This document shows positions 28,308 to 36,520 of a DNA stretch of 64,000 nt, in pieces. Numbering within the stretch: the first letter of the stretch is position 1; each line of letters begins with the position of its first letter. Location: positions 110,603 to 174,602 of the forward strand of contig JAEXTV010000031.1 of NCBI GenBank assembly GCA_023406895.1, read 5' to 3'. The notes beneath the pieces were generated by a model, which did no database searches, had not been told where the DNA came from, and saw only the letters and a list, made by a program, of their open reading frames with translations. The translations under genes and the position numbers were made by a program. This stretch comes from Bacillota bacterium. GTDB taxonomy: Bacteria > Bacillota > Clostridia > Christensenellales > SZUA-584.

Positions 28308-28855
28308 TGAGTATGGACGACAGAATTCTTGAAACGGCAAACAAATACTTAAAGCTCGCGCAGGATGTGATGACGTTTGAAGCGGCGGAGCGCATTGACG
28401 GTGAATTGCCGATTGACGTGCAGACCGCGCTTCTTCGCATTTACTACGCGAAAAAGCTCGAAGTGCGGCTGCAAAAGTGCGAAGCGCTGCTGACGGATGA
28501 AACGGCGCAGGACGCGGTGGACGCGCTCGGCGCGGCGATGCAGGCGGTGGATGACGCAACGCTGGCCGCAATGGACTGTATTGAGGACTACAAGCGTGAC
28601 GACAGCAATTTTGAGCGCATGATGGATACCCTCTCAATGAGCACGCCCGCCGAGCGGGTAGAAGGGCAGCTCTTAAAGCTTTACAAGTGCGAGAGCATCA
28701 TCCGCGAGACGTATGAGTTTGCGTCGGCGCATTCGTACATGCTCACGCCGGAGGAATACATCGCCCAGCGCATGGACGTGGACATGGACGCGCTGACCGA
28801 GCTCCGGCAGTCGCTGCTCGATGAGATAAGCAAAATGATGGGGGAGACCGCATAG
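28304..28855 (+). CDS. Hypothetical acidic cytoplasmic protein, co-transcribed with the ABC operon
   Basis: 183-aa ORF overlapping the permease stop. Helical, acidic, no recognised motif. Confidence 0.6.
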   Translation: MMSMDDRILETANKYLKLAQDVMTFEAAERIDGELPIDVQTALLRIYYAKKLEVRLQKCEALLTDETAQDAVDALGAAMQAVDDATLAAMDCIEDYKRDDSNFERMMDTLSMSTPAERVEGQLLKLYKCESIIRETYEFASAHSYMLTPEEYIAQRMDVDMDALTELRQSLLDEISKMMGETA

Positions 28856-28932
28856 CCCAAGGTGATTATATTGCTCAATGAATGTTTCGGTGTCATTCTG
28901 AAGGTGCGTGCTGACGTTACAGCAACACAAAG

Positions 28933-28956
28933 GGCAGCAGGAATGCTGCCTTTTTT
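28933..28956 (+). terminator. Rho-independent terminator
   Basis: GGCAGCA-GGAA-TGCTGCC followed by TTTTTT. Confidence 0.8.
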
Positions 28957-29049
28957 ATGTCGCATAGGAGTGCGCAAATGCAGAAAAACGTCAGACTTGC
29001 ATCGGAAATCCACCAATGATACTATATAACAAAAACGGAGATTTTCACC

Positions 29050-29508
29050 ATGGAGAACCGACTTAAAGGCTGCGCCGGCGTCAAAATTCTTATTGTTACA
29101 CTTATCTATTTGTTCGCGGCACTGATCGTTGATCAAAAGCTTGCGCCCATGTTTCGCATCGTACCCGACAAAAGCATTCTTTTAAACGCGCTCGGTATCA
29201 TAATTCTCACGCTTGGGCTTTTTGCCGATTTTGCCGCTTTGTCCGCCATGCGACGCGCGCGCGATGAGGGCAGGCTCGCGACAACAGGGCTGTACCGTAT
29301 TGTTCACGATCCGATGTACATGTCGCAGATCTTTCTCATTCTGCCCGGCGCCATGCTGATTGTGAATTCGTGGCTCGGGCTGACCACAATGATCCCGGCT
29401 TACTTGGCGTATAAGGTTTTCACGCGTAAGGAACACCGGGTGCTGAGGGAGACATTCGGGCAGGCCTACACAGAGTACGAGAAAACGATACTGATTCCGT
29501 TTTTGTAA
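29050..29508 (+). CDS. Isoprenylcysteine carboxyl methyltransferase (ICMT/PEMT) family membrane protein
   Basis: 152 aa, 4 TM helices. Motif TTGLYRIVHDPMY and C-terminal E...FG..Y..Y. Confidence 0.75.
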   Translation: MENRLKGCAGVKILIVTLIYLFAALIVDQKLAPMFRIVPDKSILLNALGIIILTLGLFADFAALSAMRRARDEGRLATTGLYRIVHDPMYMSQIFLILPGAMLIVNSWLGLTTMIPAYLAYKVFTRKEHRVLRETFGQAYTEYEKTILIPFL

Positions 29509-29530
29509 AGCGATTTTATAGATTTTTGCA

Positions 29531-29860
29531 AACACAAAGGGCAGCAGAAATATTGTCTGCTCTCCATCAACTCATCGTGTCACTCTGAACGAGCGAAGCA
29601 AAGTGAAGAATCTGTTGACGTAGCAGCTTTTATCAGAACAGAGTCTTAGTCCGTCACAGCCTTCCTCATAATGACCGGAATAGTGCTTCTTTGAAAACAC
29701 AAAGGGCAGCAGAGATATTGTCTGCTCTCCATCAACTCATCGTGTCATTCTGAACGAGCGAAGCGAAGTGAAGAATCTGTTGACGTAGCAGTCTTTATCA
29801 GAACAGAGCCATCGTCCGGCTAGAAACCGTCTTCAGAATGACGGGACTAGTCAGTTTCTC
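29531..29860 (+). repeat. Direct duplication, two copies with ~165-bp period
   Basis: AACACAAAGGGCAGCAGA.ATATTGTCTGCTCTCCATCAACTCATCGTGTCA.TCTGAACGAGCGAAGC.AAGTGAAGAATCTGTTGACGTAGCAG at 29531 and 29696. The first ~110 bp are near-identical, then the copies diverge. Confidence 0.85.
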
Positions 29861-29930
29861 TTTTTAATGAAAAGCGCCGAATTCCGAGAACCGGCGCTTT
29901 TGTTATGCCATGAGCCATGTTAAATGTCAA

Positions 29931-30557
29931 TCAGCATATGAAAACCTGATCTCGCCTGACGCCAAAGGATTCGATAAAGGCTTCGGCATCGCGCAGGCTA
30001 AAGAACGGGCCCGCCACAAATCTGCATCCAGGGCTAATGGATAATGGCTGATCCCCAAAAGCGACTGTATATTGGCAATAGTTGATGCCCTCCGCCGCGC
30101 TGAAAAATCTGCAAAGATAAACGTTGAGCGGGCGACGCGGCTGCGGTACCGGCACGGGTACGGGTATCGGACGTGGCCGTGGACGTGGCCGTGGTGGAGG
30201 CATCGGCGGCCTTGGACGCGGCGGTCTCGGCCCCGGCATGGGTGGCCTTGGTCCCGGCATGGGAGGTCTCGGCCCCGGCATGGGTGGCCTCGGCCCCGGC
30301 GTCGGCGGTCTCGGCCCCGGCATGGGTGGCCTCGGTCCCGGCATCGGCGGTCTCGGCCCCGGCATGGGAGGTCTCGGCCCCGGCATCGGTGGTCTTGGCC
30401 CCGACATAGGCGGTCTTGGGCGCGGCATGGGGGTCGGTATCGGCGGCACCACTGGTTGTTCCGGCAGCCCCGGCATCATCGGCTGCATCGGGGGCGGTGT
30501 CTCGCGTTGTGCGATATACGGGTTATAAAAATAGTCTTCGTCATCATACGGGTTCAT
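29931..30557 (-). CDS. Proline-rich repeat protein with a Cys-containing C-terminal domain, function unknown
   Basis: 208 aa. About ten tandem (P)GPRPPM(P) heptads. RBS GGAGGT 7 nt upstream of the ATG. C-terminal ~65 aa non-repetitive. Confidence 0.7.
   Translation of the reverse strand: MNPYDDEDYFYNPYIAQRETPPPMQPMMPGLPEQPVVPPIPTPMPRPRPPMSGPRPPMPGPRPPMPGPRPPMPGPRPPMPGPRPPTPGPRPPMPGPRPPMPGPRPPMPGPRPPRPRPPMPPPRPRPRPRPIPVPVPVPQPRRPLNVYLCRFFSAAEGINYCQYTVAFGDQPLSISPGCRFVAGPFFSLRDAEAFIESFGVRRDQVFIC
30200..30425. repeat. 21-bp tandem coding repeat, ~10 units
   Basis: GGCCCCGGCATGGG(T/A)GG(C/T)CT(C/T) units alternating with ..ATCGGCGGTCTC variants. The differences are largely synonymous proline codons on the minus strand. 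Confidence 0.85.
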
Positions 30558-30804
30558 TATTTACCTCCAAAACAAGTTGGACAGTCTTTATTCATTAGCG
30601 CTACAACGCGGGCAGTTTGCTATGTTTATAGCGCTGATGAAGTTGTATTCGTCAATTCACGCGGATTAAAGGTTTATAAAATCCGGCTGGTATTATTGTA
30701 TGCGCGGCGGGTGAAACCTGTAACAGAGCATACATGGATGAAGGGTGAGGCAGCAAGGAAGTACGTGGGAATGCTGTCTTTCTTGTGGTGAATGAGGGGG
30801 TAAA

Positions 30805-30833
30805 TTGAAATATTGTGTAAGATTTGATACAAT
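30805..30833 (+). promoter_or_regulatory. Sigma-A-type promoter at the left edge of the AT-rich islet
   Basis: TTGAAA (30805-30810), 17 nt, TACAAT (30828-30833). Confidence 0.6.
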
Positions 30834-30880
30834 AACTTATTGAAAGTAATCGTAGTATTTAAATTGCTGAGGAGAACTAA

Positions 30881-31468
30881 TTGGATACTTTGAATTTTGC
30901 TATTAATATAAAGACACCTTCTATAATCAATAATAGAATTTTAAAATTCTGCGATAGAATTGATACTCTTAATAAGCCACAATACATCAAGTGTTTAGAA
31001 TATAGAAGTGGTGAGGCAGGGAAATGCTTTGACAATGTAAGAAGATATATCTTGGAATTTGGGGGAGAGATGATCGTTGGGTGGAATATTTGGATTTATA
31101 AAAATATCTTTATTCAAGCTGAATCACATGCTGTAGTAGAAACATCTAAGCTTGGTCTTGTCGATGTATCACCACAAAAGGAAAATAGGGTGTTATTCCT
31201 TAAAGATAGTGGTCTTCAAAATTTAGAAAATCCCATTAAAAGTAGATTTGAAGTACTTACAGATTCAGAATATTCTAAGCAATTTGTTAATCTGTTAGAC
31301 AGTATTGATGAGAAACGTTCCATAAGTGAGGAAGGTTTTTATTTATCACAAGAAGAATTATATCTATATCAATTCCTAATTAAAAAGTTTTCAGAAATTC
31401 GTAAAGGTCATGAATTCTGTCCTTGTGAATCTGGTCTAAAATTTAAGAGCTGTTGTGGTAGAAAATAA
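30881..31468 (+). CDS. SEC-C motif protein, N-terminal domain unknown
   Basis: 195 aa. TTG start with RBS GAGGAG 6 nt upstream. C-terminal CPCESGLKFKSCCGRK is a SEC-C metal-binding motif. AT-rich codon usage unlike the flanks. Confidence 0.75.
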   Translation: MDTLNFAINIKTPSIINNRILKFCDRIDTLNKPQYIKCLEYRSGEAGKCFDNVRRYILEFGGEMIVGWNIWIYKNIFIQAESHAVVETSKLGLVDVSPQKENRVLFLKDSGLQNLENPIKSRFEVLTDSEYSKQFVNLLDSIDEKRSISEEGFYLSQEELYLYQFLIKKFSEIRKGHEFCPCESGLKFKSCCGRK

Positions 31469-31506
31469 TGATGAGAACTTACGATAAATTTATTTGAGGT
31501 AATTTT

Positions 31507-32778
31507 ATGAAAATTTCATTTGAATTTTGGTTAAATGAAAAAAATCTAAGCGCTAACACTAAAGAGTTATTTAATGAAGCAATAATCTGCTACAAAGCTG
31601 GAGCAAATAGAGCAGCTTTGCTCTTTTCATATATTGCTTTTATAGAATTAATTAAAAATCGTTTGCTTGAAGCCAACAAACCCGATGAAGTAACCCAAGG
31701 AGAATGGGATAATAAAAGGAAGAAACTGCTTGATGATTTTGAAGTCGATAAAGAGATTTTTGATATTTTAAATAGAACTGATAACAAGTATTTTAAATTG
31801 AACGACTCATTACGAAATCAAATAAAATACTGGAAGGACAGGAGAAATGATTGCGCTCATTTAAAGCTTAATAAAATCGACAGTGCACATGTGGAAACCT
31901 TTTGGAACTTCATTATGAGTAATATAAATAGGTTTTCTATAGTTGGAAGTCAAAATGATTTTATAAACAGGATTTTAAGGCATTATGACGAAGACAGCAC
32001 ACCAATTGGGAGTGATTTCTCTTCAATTGTTCTTGATATTCCTCAATCAGTCGATTTAAGTAACTTTTCGGCTTTTTTATTAGAATTAGAAGAAATTCTA
32101 TTGAAAGTAGAAGAAGAGCAATGGTTATATTATACTTATGAATATGCAGGTTTTTTTTATAGTATGTTAACGAAGCTTGAAGAGAGTTATAGTGAAATAG
32201 TAAAGAATTTTGTTCTTAGTAATAGTAAAATTTCTACAGAATTATTCGGATATAAACCTGAGTTTTTGATTTATTTCAAGAATGAAAATGCTGAGTATAT
32301 TAGACAACTATGGAAAAAAAGTGATAGCGTAACTGCAAAGCAAGCATGTGTACTATTGAGAAATACCATAGTACCTGCGAATCAAATAGATGAGTTAATT
32401 GAAGATTGTATTTATAAGAACAAAAACCATATTCCAAAAGTTGAAGAGCTAGAATTTTTAATCCCGTATGGATATGTAAAACGATTAAATTATATAATTG
32501 AGAAAGCGCTATCTGAAGGCAAGGCATTTGAATGGTGGCTAAAAGATAATAACAAGTTTATGAAGTTTTATATTAAATATAATTTTACAATAAAGAAAAG
32601 CGATATTATTGATATGTTTCTGAAAAATGTAACATACATTCCTGAAGGTGAACAAACTAGAGTGCTTTTTTCGTTATTTTCTGGTATTATAAGAGAGAAT
32701 GATGAATTTCTTGCTTATACTAAACAAAGGGCTGTTAGTCTAGGTGTTGATTTAGATAAATTACTAATGATATTTTAA
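31507..32778 (+). CDS. Protein with N-terminal HEPN-like domain (RRNDCAH), C-terminal region unknown
   Basis: 423 aa. Helical N-terminus with an Rx4H / RNxxAH-type motif at aa 112-118 (nt 31840-31860). AT-rich. Confidence 0.7.
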   Translation: MKISFEFWLNEKNLSANTKELFNEAIICYKAGANRAALLFSYIAFIELIKNRLLEANKPDEVTQGEWDNKRKKLLDDFEVDKEIFDILNRTDNKYFKLNDSLRNQIKYWKDRRNDCAHLKLNKIDSAHVETFWNFIMSNINRFSIVGSQNDFINRILRHYDEDSTPIGSDFSSIVLDIPQSVDLSNFSAFLLELEEILLKVEEEQWLYYTYEYAGFFYSMLTKLEESYSEIVKNFVLSNSKISTELFGYKPEFLIYFKNENAEYIRQLWKKSDSVTAKQACVLLRNTIVPANQIDELIEDCIYKNKNHIPKVEELEFLIPYGYVKRLNYIIEKALSEGKAFEWWLKDNNKFMKFYIKYNFTIKKSDIIDMFLKNVTYIPEGEQTRVLFSLFSGIIRENDEFLAYTKQRAVSLGVDLDKLLMIF

Positions 32779-32855
32779 AGCATATTATTATTGCCCCCTT
32801 TACAACTTATGATGCTACAATCAAATGTAGCTTTTCAAATGGAAACGGACTTAAG

Positions 32856-32883
32856 GCTGCGCCGCATAAAACGCAGCTTTTTT
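32856..32883 (+). terminator. Rho-independent terminator closing the AT-rich islet
   Basis: GCTGCG / CGCAGC stem followed by TTTTTT (32878-32883). Confidence 0.7.
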
Positions 32884-33012
32884 AATGCTTCGGGGGGTAG
32901 CGCTCGATCAAAGTTTTCTCATCCCTATCCTTTCCCATATTCCTCCTTGCACCTATCCTCCCCGCAATGCTATAATCTTTTATCGAAAAATCCACACGCA
33001 AGGAGTCCTTTC

Positions 33013-35169
33013 ATGATCAGCATCGCCAGCCAAATCGCCAAGGAACTCGGTATCAGGGAAGAGCAGGCCAAAAGCGCCATCGCGCTTATCGACGAAGGCA
33101 ACACCGTCCCGTTCATCGCGCGCTACCGCAAAGAAGTCACCGGTTCTTTAACCGACGAACAGCTGCGCGACCTTGCCGACCGCCTCGCCTACCTTCGCAA
33201 GCTCGAAGAGCGCAAGGAAGAGGTGATTCGCCTCATCGACGAGCAGGGGAAGCTGACCGACGAACTCCGCGCCAAAATCAACGCCGCGCAGGGCGTCACC
33301 GAGGTGGACGATATCTACCGCCCGTACCGCCCCAAACGCCGCACACGCGCCACCATTGCCAAGGAAAAGGGCCTTGAGCCGCTGGCGGACCTCATCTGGC
33401 AGCAGCAGACGAGCGACGATGCTGTATTACAAAAGGCTCAAGAATACATCAATGAAGAAAAAGACGTGGCATCCGCCGACGACGCGGTGGCGGGCGCGCT
33501 CGATATCATTGCGGAAATGATCTCCGACGATGCCGATCTGCGCGGCAAGCTGCGCGCTTATCTGCGCCGCAGCGGCGACGCGATCTCCAAAACACAGACG
33601 AGCGAAAGCACCGTCTACGATATGTACTACGATTTTAAAGAACCCATCTCAAAGCTCGTGCCGCACCGCGTGCTCGCATTGAACCGCGGCGAGAAGGAAA
33701 AGATACTCAATGTGAAAATCGAGGCAGAGGAGCAGGACGCCGTATCGCTGATGCACCGCGTCATATTCCAGCCGCGCTGGCAGAGCGCTTATCTGCAGTC
33801 GGCCATTGAAGACGCGTATAAACGGCTCATATTCCCGTCCATCGAGCGCGAGATAAGAAACGAGCTGACCGAAACCGCCGAGGAGCAGGCGATACGGGTG
33901 TTTGGCGAGAACCTCAAAAACCTGCTGCTTCAGCCGCCCGTCCACGGCAAAACGGTGCTCGGGCTCGATCCCGGCTTTCGCACGGGCAACAAGGTGGCCG
34001 TGGTGGATGCCACGGGCAAGGTGCTCGAAACGGGCGTCGTTTACATGACGCTCGAGCATCACGACACCGCCAAAGCCAAGGATTATTTGAGAAGGCTCAT
34101 CGAAAAGCACAACGTCGATATCATCGCGATCGGCAACGGCACCGCCAGCAAGGAGACCGAAGCCGTGGTTGCGGAACTCATCAAAACGCTGCCGAAGCAA
34201 ATATACTATCTTGTGGTCAGCGAAGCGGGTGCGTCGGTGTATTCGGCGTCGGCGCTCGGCACCGAGGAATTCCCCGAGTTCGATGTCGCGCTGCGCAGCG
34301 CGGTGTCCATCGCGCGGCGATTGCAGGACCCGCTCGCGGAGCTCGTGAAGATTGACCCGAAGGCCATCGGCGTCGGTCAGTACCAGCACGATGTGAACCA
34401 AAAGCGCCTCGCGGAGATGCTCGGCGGTGTGGTGGAAGACTGCGTGAACGCGGTCGGCGTCGATCTCAATACGGCGTCGCCGTCGCTGCTCAAGTACATT
34501 TCGGGCATATCGCCCGCCGTGGCAAAAAACATCGTGGAGATGCGCGAGACGACCGGCCAGTTCAAAAGCCGTGCGCAGCTCAAAAAGGTGAAGGGGCTCG
34601 GCGGCAAGGCGTTCGAGCAGTGCGCGGGCTTCCTGCGCATACCGGGCGCGGCCAACATCCTCGATACCACGGCGATTCACCCCGAATCGTACGACGCGGT
34701 GACGCGCCTGTTTGAAAAGCAGGGCGTGCAGGTGAAGCAGGAGAAGGACTTGGAGCCGCTGCGCGCGCAGATCGGCGCGTGGAACGTGAACGCGCTGGCA
34801 GACGTGCTCGGCATCGGTGTGCCCACGCTCAAGGATATCTTAGAGGAGCTCAAAAAACCGGGCCGCGACCCGCGTGACGCGTTTGAGCAGCCCGTGTTTC
34901 GCTCCGACGTGATGCACCTTGAGGATTTGAAAGAGGGCATGGTTTTAACGGGCACCGTGCGTAACGTGATCGATTTTGGCGCGTTTGTGGATATCGGCGT
35001 GCATCAGGACGGCCTCGTGCACATCAGCCAGCTTGCCGATAAGTTCGTCAAGCACCCGATGGACGTGGTGAAAACGGGTGACATCGTCAAGGTGCGCGTG
35101 CTGAGCGTGGACGTGAATAAAAAGCGCATCGCGCTCACAATGAAAAACATAGGCAATACATTGAACTGA
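33013..35169 (+). CDS. tex: Tex-like transcription accessory protein (S1 RNA-binding domain)
   Basis: Start MISIASQIAKELGI..VPFIARYRKE. YqgF/RuvX-like, HhH and C-terminal S1 domain pattern. RBS AAGGAG. ORF-track start 32791 rejected. Confidence 0.93.
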   Translation: MISIASQIAKELGIREEQAKSAIALIDEGNTVPFIARYRKEVTGSLTDEQLRDLADRLAYLRKLEERKEEVIRLIDEQGKLTDELRAKINAAQGVTEVDDIYRPYRPKRRTRATIAKEKGLEPLADLIWQQQTSDDAVLQKAQEYINEEKDVASADDAVAGALDIIAEMISDDADLRGKLRAYLRRSGDAISKTQTSESTVYDMYYDFKEPISKLVPHRVLALNRGEKEKILNVKIEAEEQDAVSLMHRVIFQPRWQSAYLQSAIEDAYKRLIFPSIEREIRNELTETAEEQAIRVFGENLKNLLLQPPVHGKTVLGLDPGFRTGNKVAVVDATGKVLETGVVYMTLEHHDTAKAKDYLRRLIEKHNVDIIAIGNGTASKETEAVVAELIKTLPKQIYYLVVSEAGASVYSASALGTEEFPEFDVALRSAVSIARRLQDPLAELVKIDPKAIGVGQYQHDVNQKRLAEMLGGVVEDCVNAVGVDLNTASPSLLKYISGISPAVAKNIVEMRETTGQFKSRAQLKKVKGLGGKAFEQCAGFLRIPGAANILDTTAIHPESYDAVTRLFEKQGVQVKQEKDLEPLRAQIGAWNVNALADVLGIGVPTLKDILEELKKPGRDPRDAFEQPVFRSDVMHLEDLKEGMVLTGTVRNVIDFGAFVDIGVHQDGLVHISQLADKFVKHPMDVVKTGDIVKVRVLSVDVNKKRIALTMKNIGNTLN

Positions 35170-35177
35170 GGATAGAT

Positions 35178-35852
35178 ATGAAGCTCGCGGTGTTCGATTT
35201 CGACGGCACGCTGTTCCCGAAGGACACGCTGCCGTTCCTCTTAAAACAGTGGAACAAGCAGCACATGGGGCGGCGGCGCTTCATCGGCACGTGCGCCTCG
35301 GTGGGCGGTCTGTTCGTGCGCTACAAGCTCGGGCTTTACGATGGGGACGCGCGCGAATACGTGCGCCGCAAGGCGATGGACCGTTTTGCGCCGATATTCC
35401 GCCTCATGAAGACGGAGGATGTGGACGCGTTCTTTGAGCGCTGCGCGAGGCTGATACTGCCGCAGCTCAACGCCGACGTGGTGAACGAGATAAAAATAAC
35501 AAAGCAGCAGGGCTTTCACACCGTGCTGCTTTCGGGCGGTTTTCAGCGGCTCATGGAGTATGTCGGCTTATCGCTCGGCTTCGATACGGTGATCGGCACG
35601 GCGCTGCACTATAAGAACGGGCGCGTGGATGTGTCTCAGCCGCTCGACATCGTCTGCGGTGACGACAAGGCGACGCATCTTCGCGGCACATTCAACGCTG
35701 CGGATGTGGATTGGCAGGGGAGCACCGCGTATGCAGACAGCCTTTCGGACCTATCGATATTGCAGCTCGTTGGCACGCCTGTCGCGGTAAACCCCGAGCC
35801 GGAGCTCAAAGCTCACGCCGAGGCGGCGGGCTGGCGCATTATCACCCGCTAG
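35178..35852 (+). CDS. HAD-IB family hydrolase (SerB-like phosphatase)
   Basis: DFDGTL motif I at the N-terminus and a YADSxSD motif near the C-terminus. Confidence 0.8.
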   Translation: MKLAVFDFDGTLFPKDTLPFLLKQWNKQHMGRRRFIGTCASVGGLFVRYKLGLYDGDAREYVRRKAMDRFAPIFRLMKTEDVDAFFERCARLILPQLNADVVNEIKITKQQGFHTVLLSGGFQRLMEYVGLSLGFDTVIGTALHYKNGRVDVSQPLDIVCGDDKATHLRGTFNAADVDWQGSTAYADSLSDLSILQLVGTPVAVNPEPELKAHAEAAGWRIITR

Positions 35853-36472
35853 CCGTTTAATATCGCCTGATCTGCCCGCAGTACCGGCCTGCCGTGCGCG
35901 GGGCACAGCCACTCAAAATCGAGCGCGGCCGCTATTTTAACGGCATCACGCATCATGTCATCGTTCCAGTTCCACGGAGCGGGGTAGGGGATCAGCCCCT
36001 TTTTTTTGCTTTCGAACAGATCGCCCGCAAACAGCACGCCGTCGTAAAGGAAGCAGACGTGGCCCGGCGTGTGTCCGGGCGTGGGGATCACCTGAATGCC
36101 GCAGATGCTGCCGCCCTCAAAAGCGCGCAGCCCGCGCGGCTTGTGCCGCTGCAATTTTCCGATGTATTTTTTGAAGCCGTACCGGGGCGTCTCGCCCGTG
36201 ATATACGGGATGTCCTCGGCGGAGGCCCAGAGCGTCGCGCCTGTCAGCTGCTGCAGGTGCAAAGCGCTGCCGGTATGGTCTACATCGTGGTGCGTGAAGA
36301 TGATGTGCTTGATGTCTTTGAAATTGACGCCCATATCGTTGAGGGCGCGCAGCACGTTTTGACGCTGAAACGCCATACCTGTGTCGATGAGCACCAACTC
36401 GGGGGTGGAGACGAGAAAAACATGGCTGAAATGTGTGCCGTCCAGCATGGAGACCTTATCCGTGATTTTCAT
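35849..36472 (-). CDS. MBL-fold metallo-hydrolase
   Basis: HHDVDH (HxHxDH) motif and TPGHTPGH. Confidence 0.85.
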   Translation of the reverse strand: MKITDKVSMLDGTHFSHVFLVSTPELVLIDTGMAFQRQNVLRALNDMGVNFKDIKHIIFTHHDVDHTGSALHLQQLTGATLWASAEDIPYITGETPRYGFKKYIGKLQRHKPRGLRAFEGGSICGIQVIPTPGHTPGHVCFLYDGVLFAGDLFESKKKGLIPYPAPWNWNDDMMRDAVKIAAALDFEWLCPAHGRPVLRADQAILNG

Positions 36473-36520
36473 AATTGATTACCTCATTTAAAATATTTGA
36501 ATGCAAAAGCATAATTCTTG

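Noticed and set aside
27576-28637. 353-aa minus-strand ORF; similar long antisense ORFs at 6874-7722, 33649-34680, 57713-58498, 62880-63665 and 2875-3444
   Set aside because: Each lies fully antisense to a gene with clear family motifs (ABC permease, ABC-F, tex, and others). Their Arg/His/Ala-rich, low-complexity translations are typical of open antisense frames in GC-rich DNA. None has an RBS or a recognisable motif.
30072-30791. Gly/Arg-rich plus-strand ORFs (239, 134 and 78 aa) across the 21-bp repeat
   Set aside because: These are mirror-image translations of the proline-rich gene on the minus strand. That gene has a proper RBS and non-repetitive termini. The plus-strand ORFs lack an RBS and run into the intergenic region.
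32791-33012. Upstream extension of tex (ORF-track start 32791)
   Set aside because: It includes the islet terminator and non-coding sequence. The ATG at 33013 has RBS AAGGAG and begins the conserved Tex N-terminus.
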